From Nemertoderma westbladi (taxonomy: Eukaryota > Animalia > Xenacoelomorpha), in the NCBI GenBank assembly GCA_032718475.1, contig JAUCBJ010004845.1, positions 1 to 53,632 on the forward strand: 53,632 nt of DNA, given 5' to 3'. Made by a program: the position numbers and the translations under genes. The notes beneath the pieces were generated by a model that had not been told where the DNA came from, did not search any database, and saw nothing but the letters and a program-made list of their open reading frames with translations. This document shows positions 10,481-22,300 of the stretch, one piece after another. Each line of letters opens with the position of its first letter. Positions within the stretch are counted from its first letter, which is position 1.

Positions 10481-13400
10481 CTGAAAGAATAATATATAAA
10501 ATATATCATTTAATTTTAAAATTGTATAAAGCTCGATAGTTGCTAGTATGTCGATAGCTCGTTAATTGCTCAATAGTATAAAATGTAATATAAATAATAT
10601 TTTCAGTAGTAATCCGCTTGTTACTTAATAAATAACAATATATATATTTAATATGGAAATTCGGATGTGGTGACAAAAATATTCTAACACACGATTGTAG
10701 AGAGAACATAATACATGGCCATGTTTATAAAATAAGTGAACAATAAAAATAAACAGGTTAAAATATAAATCAATATAAGTATTAATTAATCATAACATGA
10801 TTATCAAGTCGTCAGCCGAGGTGTGGGTTGGGTGGGGGTTGGCTATTCTAAAAAGATGATAGTACCTCAATACTTTGACTCTATGCGGCTTATGAGTGGT
10901 AGTGGGTCTATCTTCAATTTCATTTTTGGCCTTAGTTTTTGTGCTACCTCAGTTTTTTCCACTGGTTATAGACGGCGCTGACTTCACATTCAGTTGGATT
11001 TCTCTTATTGGTCCACATTATTACTAGATGGCTCCTTCGCTATTGCACTACAATCATAATGCAGTTAAGCGAATGTGGAAAATTTTTTCCTCTTTCTATT
11101 TTTGTGAACTGCTGCAGAAAATGATCGAATAAAATCTACCTTACAGCATAATTTTCATTCTACAGAAAAGTCTGATTACTAGTAAGCTGTGCCTAATTGG
11201 ATTGAATTGATAGTTTTCAATTTAGGTTTTATTGTTTGTTTGTTTTATTAATAACTCAAATCGATCAACCAGGTAGTTAAAGAATTAGAAACTAAAAGGA
11301 TAATTTGGGGGTCTTGTAAAGATTAGTTTCAGATATAGAAATTATTGCAATATCTAAACTTACCTCCTTTTGTTCATATTTTAAAGCTAATTGCAATCTA
11401 TCCAAAGATAATGATGCTATGGATTTTTCTGCATCTTTCTCACCATCTCTTTCCACTCCTCCAAGATAATCATCACTTTCATCTCCATACTCATACTCAT
11501 CATCTTCTTCTTCTTCATCGCCAGTCTCATTCTCTTTGTTCATTACAGCCATAACCTAATCAAAATGTACCATTTTTATGCAATCAAATTATTCACAGTG
11601 ACCATACTATTTTACAGTATTTTTGAGTGCTTCTAGTTGTATTTTTGTCAACTACAAGAAGAGTACACTTTTGACAATTAACTTCAAAAGTCCTCAGGAA
11701 ATGTCTTATTGTATGAGCATAAGCCCTGATGATGGTATGCCTGAGGATGATTGAGCTTGAGGATGATTTCTGATACTTGGAATAAGGGATCCAGAAGTCA
11801 AGTGAAGACCTTCATTTGAATACATAACATGGGCTGTACATACAGGATTTGGAAGTTACATAGAATACTCTTAAGTTACATAAAAGAAAAAGGCAGATAC
11901 ATGATTGTAGTTGTTTATTGGTTCTGCTGCATGAAGACTCCAGACAGATAATACTGCATTTGATCTGATTATAGCCTGTAAGAAAAGTAATCTATTCAAT
12001 TCAAGAAATTGAGATCTGCAGTTTGGAATTTTGACTTTGTCAGCTTTCCCTGTGATTAATAAATCACTGGTGGAAACACAAGGTTACTGAAGTCAAGTTA
12101 CTTGACAACCCACCATGCATAGCTAGCTAAGGAAGACAGTATACATAATTAATTTAAAGCATACAAAAATAGGAGGACCTTGAGGCAGCATGAAAATTAT
12201 TAAAGGTGTTAATGTTAATGGGTGTAATACCACATGAGGCCACCTTATACAATGTTTTTCCCATTCTAACTTGAACACTGATATTGATTGATTAACTTCG
12301 ACATAATGTTTGAGAGCTTCCCACCTAATTTGAATGCTATATCCCTACCTCTAAGCTACACCTCAGTGGGAGTGACTGCCAGTCCGAGTACATGGCCTGT
12401 TAATTTCATGTTGCCTCTTCACCCACTCATAGTAATGTACTTTTTGACTGCGCCTCCCTTACAGTGAATTAAAGAGTGAAATTTGAATATAAATCTCCCT
12501 GTAATATTTTGCTTGTGTGTACTCTCCCCTCCCATTATATTAAAAAGTAACACAATCTAATATTCGTTGAAAAATATCTGATATATGTGAGTTCGAAAGT
12601 TGCAGGGTTTTGCTTCTGCGCGAGGCTATTTTATTTATCCTGGAACACTATATTTATCTCATATGTTGCTGGGCAACAATGTACTATTATATAGTATTAC
12701 TACCGCTGTTCATACATAAATAAAATGCTTGGGAATATATTGTGTAGGAAAAATACTAGGTTTTTATGTACTGTGTTTAAGTTTAGAGATATAGGTTTCG
12801 GTTTTTTAGTGTAGCTTTTTTTTGAAATATATGCCACTAATATCCGATCTAATAGATCAGATAAATCAGATCTAAAAAATATATCTGAATTGTTTATAAT
12901 AAAGATTTATAGTGCAGTATGAGATAACCAGAGGATGTCCTTTAATTGTCAGTGCTATCTCAGATGGACTGGACGGACATGTACGGTAGACCTGTTACTA
13001 TGAGATCGAGGTAAAGGCGTTTTTGTGGCGTTTTACTGGAGTACTCCAAGTATTACAATTAATTTGTACAGTAATTTTCAAAGTTACTAGGTAAGGCTAT
13101 ATTCCACAATGAATATAAGATTGGTTACATATTTGGAATTACATGGACAATTTTCTGTCAGTACAAATCAACCACAATAAGGTTTGAAGTATAAATTTGG
13201 TGTAACTGGTGAAATTACGCCGCAGACATTTTGCAGTTATCCTAATTAACCACTGTTCTTGAGCCTTAAGATGCTACAAAATTTTATCATGTTCATGTAC
13301 TTGTACTGTTGCAATACAACTGAAGAGTCGAATATATTAAACTTTAATTATATTATAATTTATTATTTCTATGTTTTTTTTTTCACTGAGTACTTTGTTT

Positions 13401-16046
13401 AATAAAAATACGTTGTTTAATAGTTTCAAAAAAACTATCATAAAAAATCTAAACTACTAAATATAATCCGAATGGTAATCGGGCGGTAATTACCTTTATC
13501 TGTGGAATATTTATTAATTATATTTATTTATGTAATTAATCCCTGGGGAAAAAACGTGCAAAATATCAGGAAATAATAATAACCTTAATAAAACACAGTT
13601 TTAATGAGGCATGATAATTATTATTATTATTTGTGCATACGATCATAAGGATGTAGCATAGTATATGTATATGTACAGTAGTAGTAAATATAAAGTAATG
13701 TAGACCAAATATATTATAATTTAAGTTAACCCTATCCATACCGGGGTACTTTAGACGCTCAAACTACCGGGGGGGGGGGGGGGGGGGGGGGGGGACTTTT
13801 GGAGACGTAAAGTTTGGAAGCATATAACTTTGTGTGGTGTGATGATATTACTTTAAAGTAAAAAGTTTTAGATACAAAATTTATTCCTATATTCAAATAT
13901 GCCACACACTAATGCTCAAATATAATATTTATATACTATAATTATGTTTAAATTGATTTTAAATTGATATTAAATTGATTGAATTTTAAATTTCCCTCCT
14001 ACAATAGATCAGCAATAATATGACATTTGCAGAGACAGGTCAGTTTACGTGTCATTTTCATGGTCATAAATAATAATATGAAAATTAATTTTTGTTTTAA
14101 GATAAAGAATAATAAATTTTAGGAAAAGTAACGGAATTTCACTTGCAATAAATGTGGTTTGGCTTTGAACCAAGCAATCAAATAAAGTGCGTCTCCAAAA
14201 GTCCCCCCCCCCGGTATGGATAGGGTTAAGGGAATTAGGACATACAAACAAACTTTAATATACAGTCCAGCTCCTCAATTGTGAAGCCCGGTATACACAG
14301 GTTATAGCGGACACTCAACTAATTATCTTACAACCCCGTAGCTATATCTGATCCGCTAGGATTACAAAACATCGTAGACTCTTAAAGATGTTTGGGAGAA
14401 CTCAAGAAAATCTTAGTCAAGGTAAAACTTGAGCTTCAAGGTGATCTTGAAGTTGATTTCAAGGTCAATCTCAAGATTTTTTGAGTTACCCGGCCTTGGA
14501 ACCAAGAGTCAGTGACTTTCAGTCATAATGATAATATTTGTTTATAATAAATATAAATACCAATCTCATTAATTATTGTGTGAGTAATTATTATCTCATT
14601 AATTATTTATATTGTTAGTTAACATTACTGTCTAATAAATAATAGTCATAAATATAAGCCATACCTCTTGACTGCTTCTGCACTGCTCAAGAAGTTCCAC
14701 AGCATATCGCTTGCATTGATTACTCAGGCTCACATAGATATCCTTAAATTCATTTTCCAGTTGAGCCAATCGACTTAACTCCCAGCTCAATTTGAAGGCT
14801 GTATATATGGGATCCGAACTTGTCAATGAAATCCAAGCTGGACTTGCAAGAGCCCTATATGTGCTAATCCGAAGTAAAGAATAGCGTAAAGAATCACATT
14901 TACTTTTAAACTCACAATCAAGGCAAACACATTTTATGTTGTGTGGTTTATCCAAAGAAGCACCCCTTTGAATTAGCAGTTGCAATATTTCAAATTGGTT
15001 ACACATTGCAGCAAGGATAACTGGAGAAACATCTGGAGAGAAATCTGAACTCTCATCCACTCCAATGTACTCACTCCAACAATCCCCCAACATCTCGGGT
15101 TCAATGCTCGGGTGATTTACCATCATCTCCACAATCCTATAAACACCCTCTCGAATAGCTTGGAGAAGAGCATTTCCAATCCTGATGTCTTCCTGTGCCA
15201 AAAGGATCTGTATAATTTCAAAGTTCTCATTATCAGCACATATCTCTATAGCAGTCCTTCCCATTACATTTTTAACATTAACAGTGACGGGGTTTGGTGG
15301 TTGAAGACACCGGATTATTGTTGCTTTATCACCCTTTTCGGCTGCATCAAGAAACTGACGCTCCTATGAAAAAAGTGTTATGATGTAAACATATATAATA
15401 TTGTATGCAATACAGGAATTTCATCCACATAACTGTTTTGAAAATTTATATATAAATGAAATACTTTTTTAGCCGGAAAGTAAACAATACAAAAAAATAA
15501 GTCTCATCTTTTGGATACTTCTAAGATAAAGAAATTAATGCTCCTTATGAAAGGGCAGTAAAACAACAGTTATGGAAAACGGTCAACAATGTAAATCTAC
15601 ATACAATGTCTTTATTATAACTATGAAAAGAGGCAATAGTTATCCTAATTTTGTTTCTGTTTATGACATTTATGCACAAAGTAGTAAGATCATATCAATA
15701 ATAATAATCAATGTGTTAGTTATTAAGTGTGAAATGAAGTGAATACTGATGATGACCCTACCTGTGGTGTTAGTGGGTTACAACTAGCGAATAATGATAA
15801 TGGCTGACTTGAGTGACTATCATTGTTGCCCTTTTGGTATCCTGGCATTTCTTTCGCAGAAGAACTTTCATTGCTATGGCCAAATGTAGATATCATCTGT
15901 TTTGGCTGAGAAATGCCAGCACCAGCGACAGCCACCAAATACTGGTGATGGACCAAACTGGGTTTCAGTTCCATGGTATTATTCGTGATCAGGGTTTCTT
16001 GACATGCATTGGGTTGTTGGAAGCGCCTACCTGCGACCATTAACAT
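10269..16046 (-). CDS. TRPC: Canonical transient receptor potential channel (TRPC family), N-terminal part; spliced join of 16046-15762, 15363-14665, 11555-11364, 10480-10269; gene continues leftward
   Basis: The spliced frame is continuous: ..LTPQ|ERQFLDAAEKGD..ankyrin repeats..PHNIKCVCLDC..DSLRYSLLRISTYRALASP..SSDPIYTAFKLSWEL..ENEFK..CRSSQE|VMAVMN..LDRLQLALKYEQKE|FVANPHCQQLLASVWY..GKFIRTPFMKMLHH. All junctions are GT-AG with compatible phases. Family-level call only. Confidence 0.93.
11364..11555 (-). CDS. TRPC: TRPC coding exon 3 (acidic linker + LxRLxLAxKYEQK)
   Basis: attag|GTT ATG GCT ... CAA AAG GAG|gtaagt; 192 bp, phase 0-0. Confidence 0.9.
13730..14225. mobile_element. piggyBac-type non-autonomous element (MITE), 496 bp, in TRPC intron
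   Basis: TTAA|CCCTATCCATACCGGGG ... CCCCGGTATGGATAGGG|TTAA, plus subterminal inverted GGGGACTTTTGGAGACG / CGTCTCCAAAAGTCCCC. Confidence 0.9.
14665..15363 (-). CDS. TRPC: TRPC coding exon 2 (ankyrin repeats + TRP_2 domain)
   Basis: tttttcatag|GAG CGT CAG TTT CTT GAT ... CAA GAG|gtatgg; 699 bp, open, with TRPC-diagnostic motifs. Confidence 0.96.
15762..16046 (-). CDS. TRPC: Probable first TRPC coding exon (unstructured N-terminus)
   Basis: Open frame from ATG 16046 (in-frame TAG just upstream) to CCA CAG|gtaggg. It gives LTPQ+ERQFL, the expected L[ST]xxExxFL lead-in to ankyrin 1. The true start codon is uncertain. Confidence 0.72.
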
Positions 16047-16171
16047 TATTAACTAACGTCGATGTAACATTACTATTATTTACTAACTGTCCCAGGAGGA
16101 TATATGGCAAAATAATATTGCGATTTAAAACAATTGTATATTCGGTGCTACACTGGAAGCAGGGCAACTGT

Positions 16172-16202
16172 CAATAATAATAATATTAATAATAATATTA
16201 AT

Positions 16203-16248
<46 letters not shown>

Positions 16249-16258
16249 TTAATAATAT
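16172..16258. repeat. (AAT)n microsatellite, imperfect
   Basis: Direct reading. Confidence 0.95.
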
Positions 16259-17522
16259 ATATGTATATTGTAACCTATCGTAAAATAGTACTTTCTGGGC
16301 GTATTTCAAGGCACTACTGTACTGTACTTTACACATAGATAGTTATAACAATAAATTGTATTAACAATTTCAGTAATAACAATCTAAACATCAGAATCAC
16401 TAAAAAACAATTAGATTAAAAAATGCGAGTTAAGATAAAAACAAGTTGTAAAAACAAATAAAATTAGCAATATTCCTGTGTAAAAAGGTGGGTTTTCAGG
16501 CGGCGGGCAATCCCTCACTAATTTATGCTCATTAGCCATTGGTCAAAATTGGGAGGGCAATCATCAGTCTTTGTAATCTGGCAAGACAGCCATGATCTAC
16601 ACACAACTGACAGTGAGCAGTACTGCAGTAGGCAGATAGGCCACTGGTGTACTGGAACTGGAATCTGTACCAGTTCTGCTGACTGCATTTGTCTGGTACC
16701 TGAAATTACAGAATTATGGAAGGTGAACCTGAATAAAAACCGTTAATGGTAACCGAAACAATACAATGGGACGATCAACAAGGCGGATTCACCTGGTCGG
16801 GCCCTACATAACACTTCTATAAATCGAGAAGGTTTATTAACTGAACTTCAGAGGTCGTTTTCAACATATCCAGCCAGTAGAATTCTCCAGACATTGTCTG
16901 GTATGAGTGGTAGATCAATTGGTATAGCAGGTCGACAGGTCGTCCTGTTGTCACGGTGCTTGTAGGATTAGAATCAATGCCTACAAGTACGAGTCTACGC
17001 CCACCATCCATGGGGGGAGGCCAGAAACCGCCAGCTTTAGTAAACAACTCATTGCCATTAGAGATTTGAATGACACTGCACCAAAGACTTTAAGAAAAGA
17101 CTCGACAGTCAAACTTTAGGTTCTTACTTTCCAGAAAACTGATTGTCATGAGGATATCAAGCTAATATTATCACATGCTTACTGGCAGATGAATGTAATA
17201 CTTCATTTAAATTTGTTAAAGCTGTAGACAAAGTAGTTCAACAGATCGCGGTAGGTGACAACTTCCAATTTGATGGAAAAGTATTACCAGGTCTGTACCA
17301 AAGAAACATTTATATCCCTGTCGCGGCCCCTCATCATTCTCTGTCTAATGCTTTATCTGTGTCCTTCATCTGGAGCACTACAGACAACACCGCAGCTCCA
17401 AATCGACTTACTGGTGAATTAGAGGATGTTATTGTTATTTCTGATGAGGAAATCGAAACTGGTAGTGCAGACGAAACAGTTTATGACTTTGCGAATAAGT
17501 TAGTATACAGTATAAGTTTAAC

Positions 17523-18620
17523 TATACAGTATAAGTTTGGATTGGTGTTTACGTTGATTTTTCGTTGCTTTAATATTTCATCTAGTTACAACACGTGTCA
17601 CTCTTTGTTACTAGAACTCACTCATACCCTTCGTTGTAATGGTTACCCACTGGCTTTCATTAACTCTGCCATTAAAAAATTCTTCAATCGTATTAGTGAA
17701 CCACGATCACCCCCTATAACTACAGTACCCAAACGGAGTGTTTTGATCTGCCTTCCTTTTACCGGCCACCACGGCGCGCTTGTAAAGAAACGTCTGTTAC
17801 GCCTTTTCCGACAGAGTATTTCTCACTTGGATTTAAAAGTTGTCTTCCAAACCAGCTGTAGGCTATCCTCCCTTTTCCCGTACAAGGATCAGATTCCTGA
17901 ACACATACGGTCGGGTGTTGTGTACCATTATAATTGTGGAAGCTGCGATGCTTCTTACGTTGGACGCACTGTACGCCACCTGGCTAAACGTGTTGAGGAA
18001 CACACTGGCTTTTTGTACAACTCCGGAAAATTCTCCCGTCCAAAAAATTCTTCTATCTTTGAACACTCCTCCACCGCCGATCATCCCACGTTAAAAGAAA
18101 ATTTCAGCATCTTATCAACATCCCGTAACTTGCGCGAACTTCTCATTAAAGAGACTTTATTCATTAGGAAACTTCGCCCCACTTTAAATGACCAAACAAC
18201 TTCGACTTTCCTTTCCCTACTGTAGTTCCTTGATATACCCCCCCCCCCCCCCCCCCCGCCCCTACCTCACGTACTGCCTTATTCGTGTACCGGTAGGTCC
18301 TGACTTTCTTACTGGACTGTCTTGTACTATCCGCTCTGTTGTTTCTGTAGTACTGTACTGCTGTACACGCCTTCCATATTCAATTACAACCGTTTTTTGC
18401 ACACTAGCCTCACCCATTATTTTGTAAATTGTTTTTTTTTGTATTGTTATTTCAATCTTCACCAGCCTTATTATTGTATTTTGTATTTAGTACTGTCTTT
18501 CACTAATTTTCAGGTATTTATTTGTTTTTGCTTTGAAAATGATTATTGTTTAATAAATCGAAACGTCAGCTGTTTTTTAGAATCTTTATTTCTCAAATCA
18601 TGAAGTTTAAGTTATTTGCG
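17523..18620 (+). mobile_element. 5'-truncated Penelope-like retroelement (RT thumb/linker + GIY-YIG endonuclease, 3' region)
   Basis: YKFGLVFTLIFRCF..NGYP..LPFTG..SGVVYHYNCGSCDASYVGRTVRHLAKRVEEH..SSIFEH..LLIKETLFIRKLRPTLNDQ; stop at 18225. The right boundary is approximate. Confidence 0.93.
18530..18570 (+). ncRNA. Minimal type I hammerhead ribozyme motif (U3-A8 variant) in the Penelope 3' region
   Basis: GCT-TTGAAAA-T-GATT..AATC-GAAA-CGTC-AGC: stem I GCT/AGC, core UUGAAAA, stem II GATT/AATC, GAAA, palindromic ACGT stem III, cleavage triplet GUC. Confidence 0.6.
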
Positions 18621-19121
18621 CTGTTTATTGTTGCCTTAATAAGCTTCAGGTTCCCAGCAACTCAAACTCTATCATAGGCCTACATAGTTATCAACTGGAG
18701 TAGCAGCCAGTTGTCGCTGAAGTTCTCGTAGACACTACAAGCATCCATTCACAGCATCGTTACTGTCAGAATTTATAACATTAATTAATGGTTGACATTA
18801 GTCCTTATAGTCACCATCAAGTGGCCTGGAGCTAGTTGTATTGCTCAGAAATTCTTTAGTTTTTTTCCACTATGCATTCGATTTCTATAAAGAATTCCAT
18901 GTGATTCCTCTATTCCTGTAAGAGTTAGGCCAACGTACATTACAAACAAAATATTCTACAGGTGTACAGTACCCCACCAGAGCCTAGCCTTCTGATGCAT
19001 TCCTGTAGAACACATGGCTGAGGCTGTATTGCCAGATTACAAAGACTGATTTCCCTCCGAATTTTGACCAATGGCTAACGAGCATAAATTAGTGGGGATT
19101 GACTAATCGCTTACACATAAG

Positions 19122-19365
19122 AAATGTATTTTCAACGCGTAATAAATACATTTTTAACGCCTGATAAATGTTTTTAACATGTAATAAATATATTTTTAAC
19201 GTGTAATAAATACATATTTAATGCGTAATAATTGTTATTAACGCGTAATAAATACATTTTTAAATCCGTAATGCGTAAATAAATATATTTTTAACGAGTA
19301 ATTAATGGATTTTTCATGTGCAATAAAGGTATTTTCCACGCGCAATAAATATGTTTTAGCGAGTG
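19122..19365. repeat. Degenerate ~22-bp tandem repeat (AATAAATACATTTTTAACGCGT-like)
   Basis: Recurrent taataaata..tttttaac(g)cg units with substitutions. Confidence 0.75.
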
Positions 19366-22300
19366 AAAATATTAACGAATAAAAATAACAAATGTATGCC
19401 ACTAGGTTTGTATTGCTCTAATTTTTCAACTAAATAATCAGGTGCACCTCGATTGATACATTTACATGTTAGCGTAACCACCATATTGTCTACCATCATC
19501 AGTATGAATACTTGAGATTTCATATAGATCTGGAACGTTTCTGTTTTGTGTTCTATAATAATGCTGTTAAGAATCGCAATTATATTACTATTTTGTCATT
19601 GTTAACCAAGCAATGTTGAGTAAGTTAAATATGATATGAATTGTTAGCATAGATTTGAGCATGAGTTGTTAACATAGATAGATAGTACAACATATTACAT
19701 ATAGACTAAACATAAAACAAGATAAAACTGAAGACTAATAATTGTGGAACACTTTCCTAAGGTTCAACCTTTTCAACTTTCAAACATTTATATCAGACCA
19801 GATTCTATAATACTCAATTTATATTATAAATTAATAGTACCTTTTAATAATATTATTAACAAACCCTTTTTTCTGTCATAACTCTGAGGTTTATGGTAGG
19901 ACATCTCTTCTTTAATGGCATACTTTTAGTTAGACTTAAAATACATGAATTTCCTCAGGGGAATTTCAACGCATTTGTACCTGTAATAAGATATTGTTTA
20001 TAATGATTAATTTACAACAATACGAACCATATCAATCATTTATGATCGATTCCCCATTACTAATGTCGCAGTTGAGCCAGTACATGTTGTGATTGAGGGG
20101 GAGGGTTTTTTTTGGGTAATTTAAGTCATTATACAGCCCTTGGTGTCTATATGAAAGGTGCTTGTAGTATCAGTAAGTGCAATCAATTAATTTAGACTGT
20201 TTGTTACTTCCGATTCGATATATTTGAATTTTCAATGAACCATCTGTTACAATGGTAACATGTTAAACCAACATTTGCATTATTGCATTATTAGCCAGAA
20301 CTGTGATAAAGGGTTCTAGGCATCTAAAGCACCCCTAATCAATTTCCATTGTCATGTTGCATTATCATTTCCACTAATGGCAGATATATATATATATATT
20401 ATATATGTAGGCCTACTATCCATATGCCTACATACTGTACATATGGTGTAAGGACTTCAGATCCTGGGGGACGTTAGATCTCCACTTTTCCTACTTTATG
20501 GTAATTAAAAACGAGACTATTAAGATTGCCTAATGCTAGTATTGTACCAGTAACAGTTACCGGTAGGCAGTCTATGCCATTGGGTAAGTGATTGCTTTAG
20601 GTTTGGTTTCTTGGTTAGGTTTGTTGGTCAGGCATATATATATATTAATTAATTCCGTCATGTATCCCTAACCCTGTGGCATAATCTAATGAATTTATAG
20701 GAATTTTGGGCATTATTGTTATAGGCCCAAAGTTCTTTGCTGGGTGGTAATGCACTTTCATATTATTGTAAATTGTGTGGGTAGTTCATTCTTATTGAGT
20801 TTTAGCACATTATTAGAGTTAGCACTGTACTCAATGTCAGTTTGGTACTCATTCTATTCTGTGAATGTATTTCCATTAAATCGTAGGTCATTGATTATTT
20901 TAAAGACTTTGTCCTGTGCATTTTCATAATGTACATGTACAAGGTTAGTAATTCGGATATTTGGACAGGTCAAGCCACTTGCAACAGGCGTCTCCAAGAA
21001 TACCTAAGTAGAATGATGGAATGCATACCAATGAATAAGCAGTAAAATAAATCAGTTAATCCTGTCCTGTTCCTATGACTGGAAGAAGCCTAGCTTATTA
21101 TCGTTGCAGTGGAACTTGGTTCCGTTTTGTCGAATCTCAAGGGAAGTTAAGAATGGTGGGTCAAGAGGGAGTAAGGAGTGAATCCTCCAAACACTGTCAA
21201 CTCCTTAGTTAGACAATGTGTACATTAGTAATACTTGCCAAAACTTCTAAACATGGATTCGAATTAGTAGGTTAGGTCATTGATACAGACCGTTTTTCTT
21301 CAGACAGATTTATTAGGTTCGATTAATGCAAGCTTATTTATTACAATGATTGTAACTTAATTTATAGAAGCCTAGATAGATAGACTATCATAGCGCATTA
21401 AAGCTTGTATGCAGCATTTTAAAAAGTTCAAATGCGAAACACCAGAACTAATTCGAAGGCTACACCCTCCTTTGAGTGTTTCATTTTAAGATATGTGAGG
21501 TAGGTAATATTTATAAGATCAGATAGAAATGGGCGACTCTGGTCAGTGTTCCACATAACTAAAACTAAATTTTCCCCACTGATATCGCAGGAGGATCAGC
21601 CTCTGTACATGACCTTTAACCACTCCACTGTGAAATATTGGTTTGAAATACGTGGTGCCCACTGGCCAGCCGAAAAATTTCGTTGCCGGGTTCTCAAGGA
21701 CTCAGGACTTTAACCGGACCAGTAGTTAGTAAGTAACCGAATGATTTGGGGCGGATTTATATCTGGTGCTGCCACTGGCATTCCACCATAGCACAGGCTG
21801 TTCCAGTATGTATTTACTGTGTGGTAGAGAATTTAATAATTGTTTGCAAACAAAGTAAAATAATACACCAATTACTTCTGTGTTCGTTTTTTAAATTAGA
21901 CCGATGCCACCTGGTTTTTGATGTTTAGTATAAGACCATGATAAATTAGAAAATTAAAAAAACAATGAAAACAACAACAAAATTTAACAATAACAATAGC
22001 ATTCATTAACAATAACAATAAGAATAACATTACCAATCAATAACATAAATATAATATTTATATATGATGAATCCATGGAGGGCGCCACCCCTGTTGCGGT
22101 CTCGGGTTTGGGGATAGGGCAGGAATCCTATAAACAGTCGACCGTCTAGACTTCATATAAACTTTAGATATATAATATAAACTAGGCCTACATCATTATA
22201 ATATTGCGAATTAGTTCGATTTATTGTGCTATAAAGAAGTTATAAGGAAATAAAAAAAAAAAAAATAACAAAAATATTAATCTCAAAAACAATAACATAG

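Larger units (their letters stand above)
16508..19101. mobile_element. Putative decayed DNA transposon bounded by ~85-bp imperfect inverted repeats, containing a nested Penelope
   Basis: 16508-16593 CAATCCCTCACTAATTTATGCTCATTAGCCATTGGTCAAAATT..CAGTCTTTGTAATCTGGCAA is mirrored at ~19014-19101. No TSD found. Confidence 0.55.

Noticed and set aside
11725-11780. CTGATGA as a hammerhead core
   Set aside because: No stem II followed by GAAA downstream.
14400-14500. Repeated TCAAG(G) motifs as a defined element
   Set aside because: Too degenerate, and no boundaries could be identified.
16148-16336. Poly-Leu membrane peptide ORF
   Set aside because: Reverse translation of the (AAT)n microsatellite.
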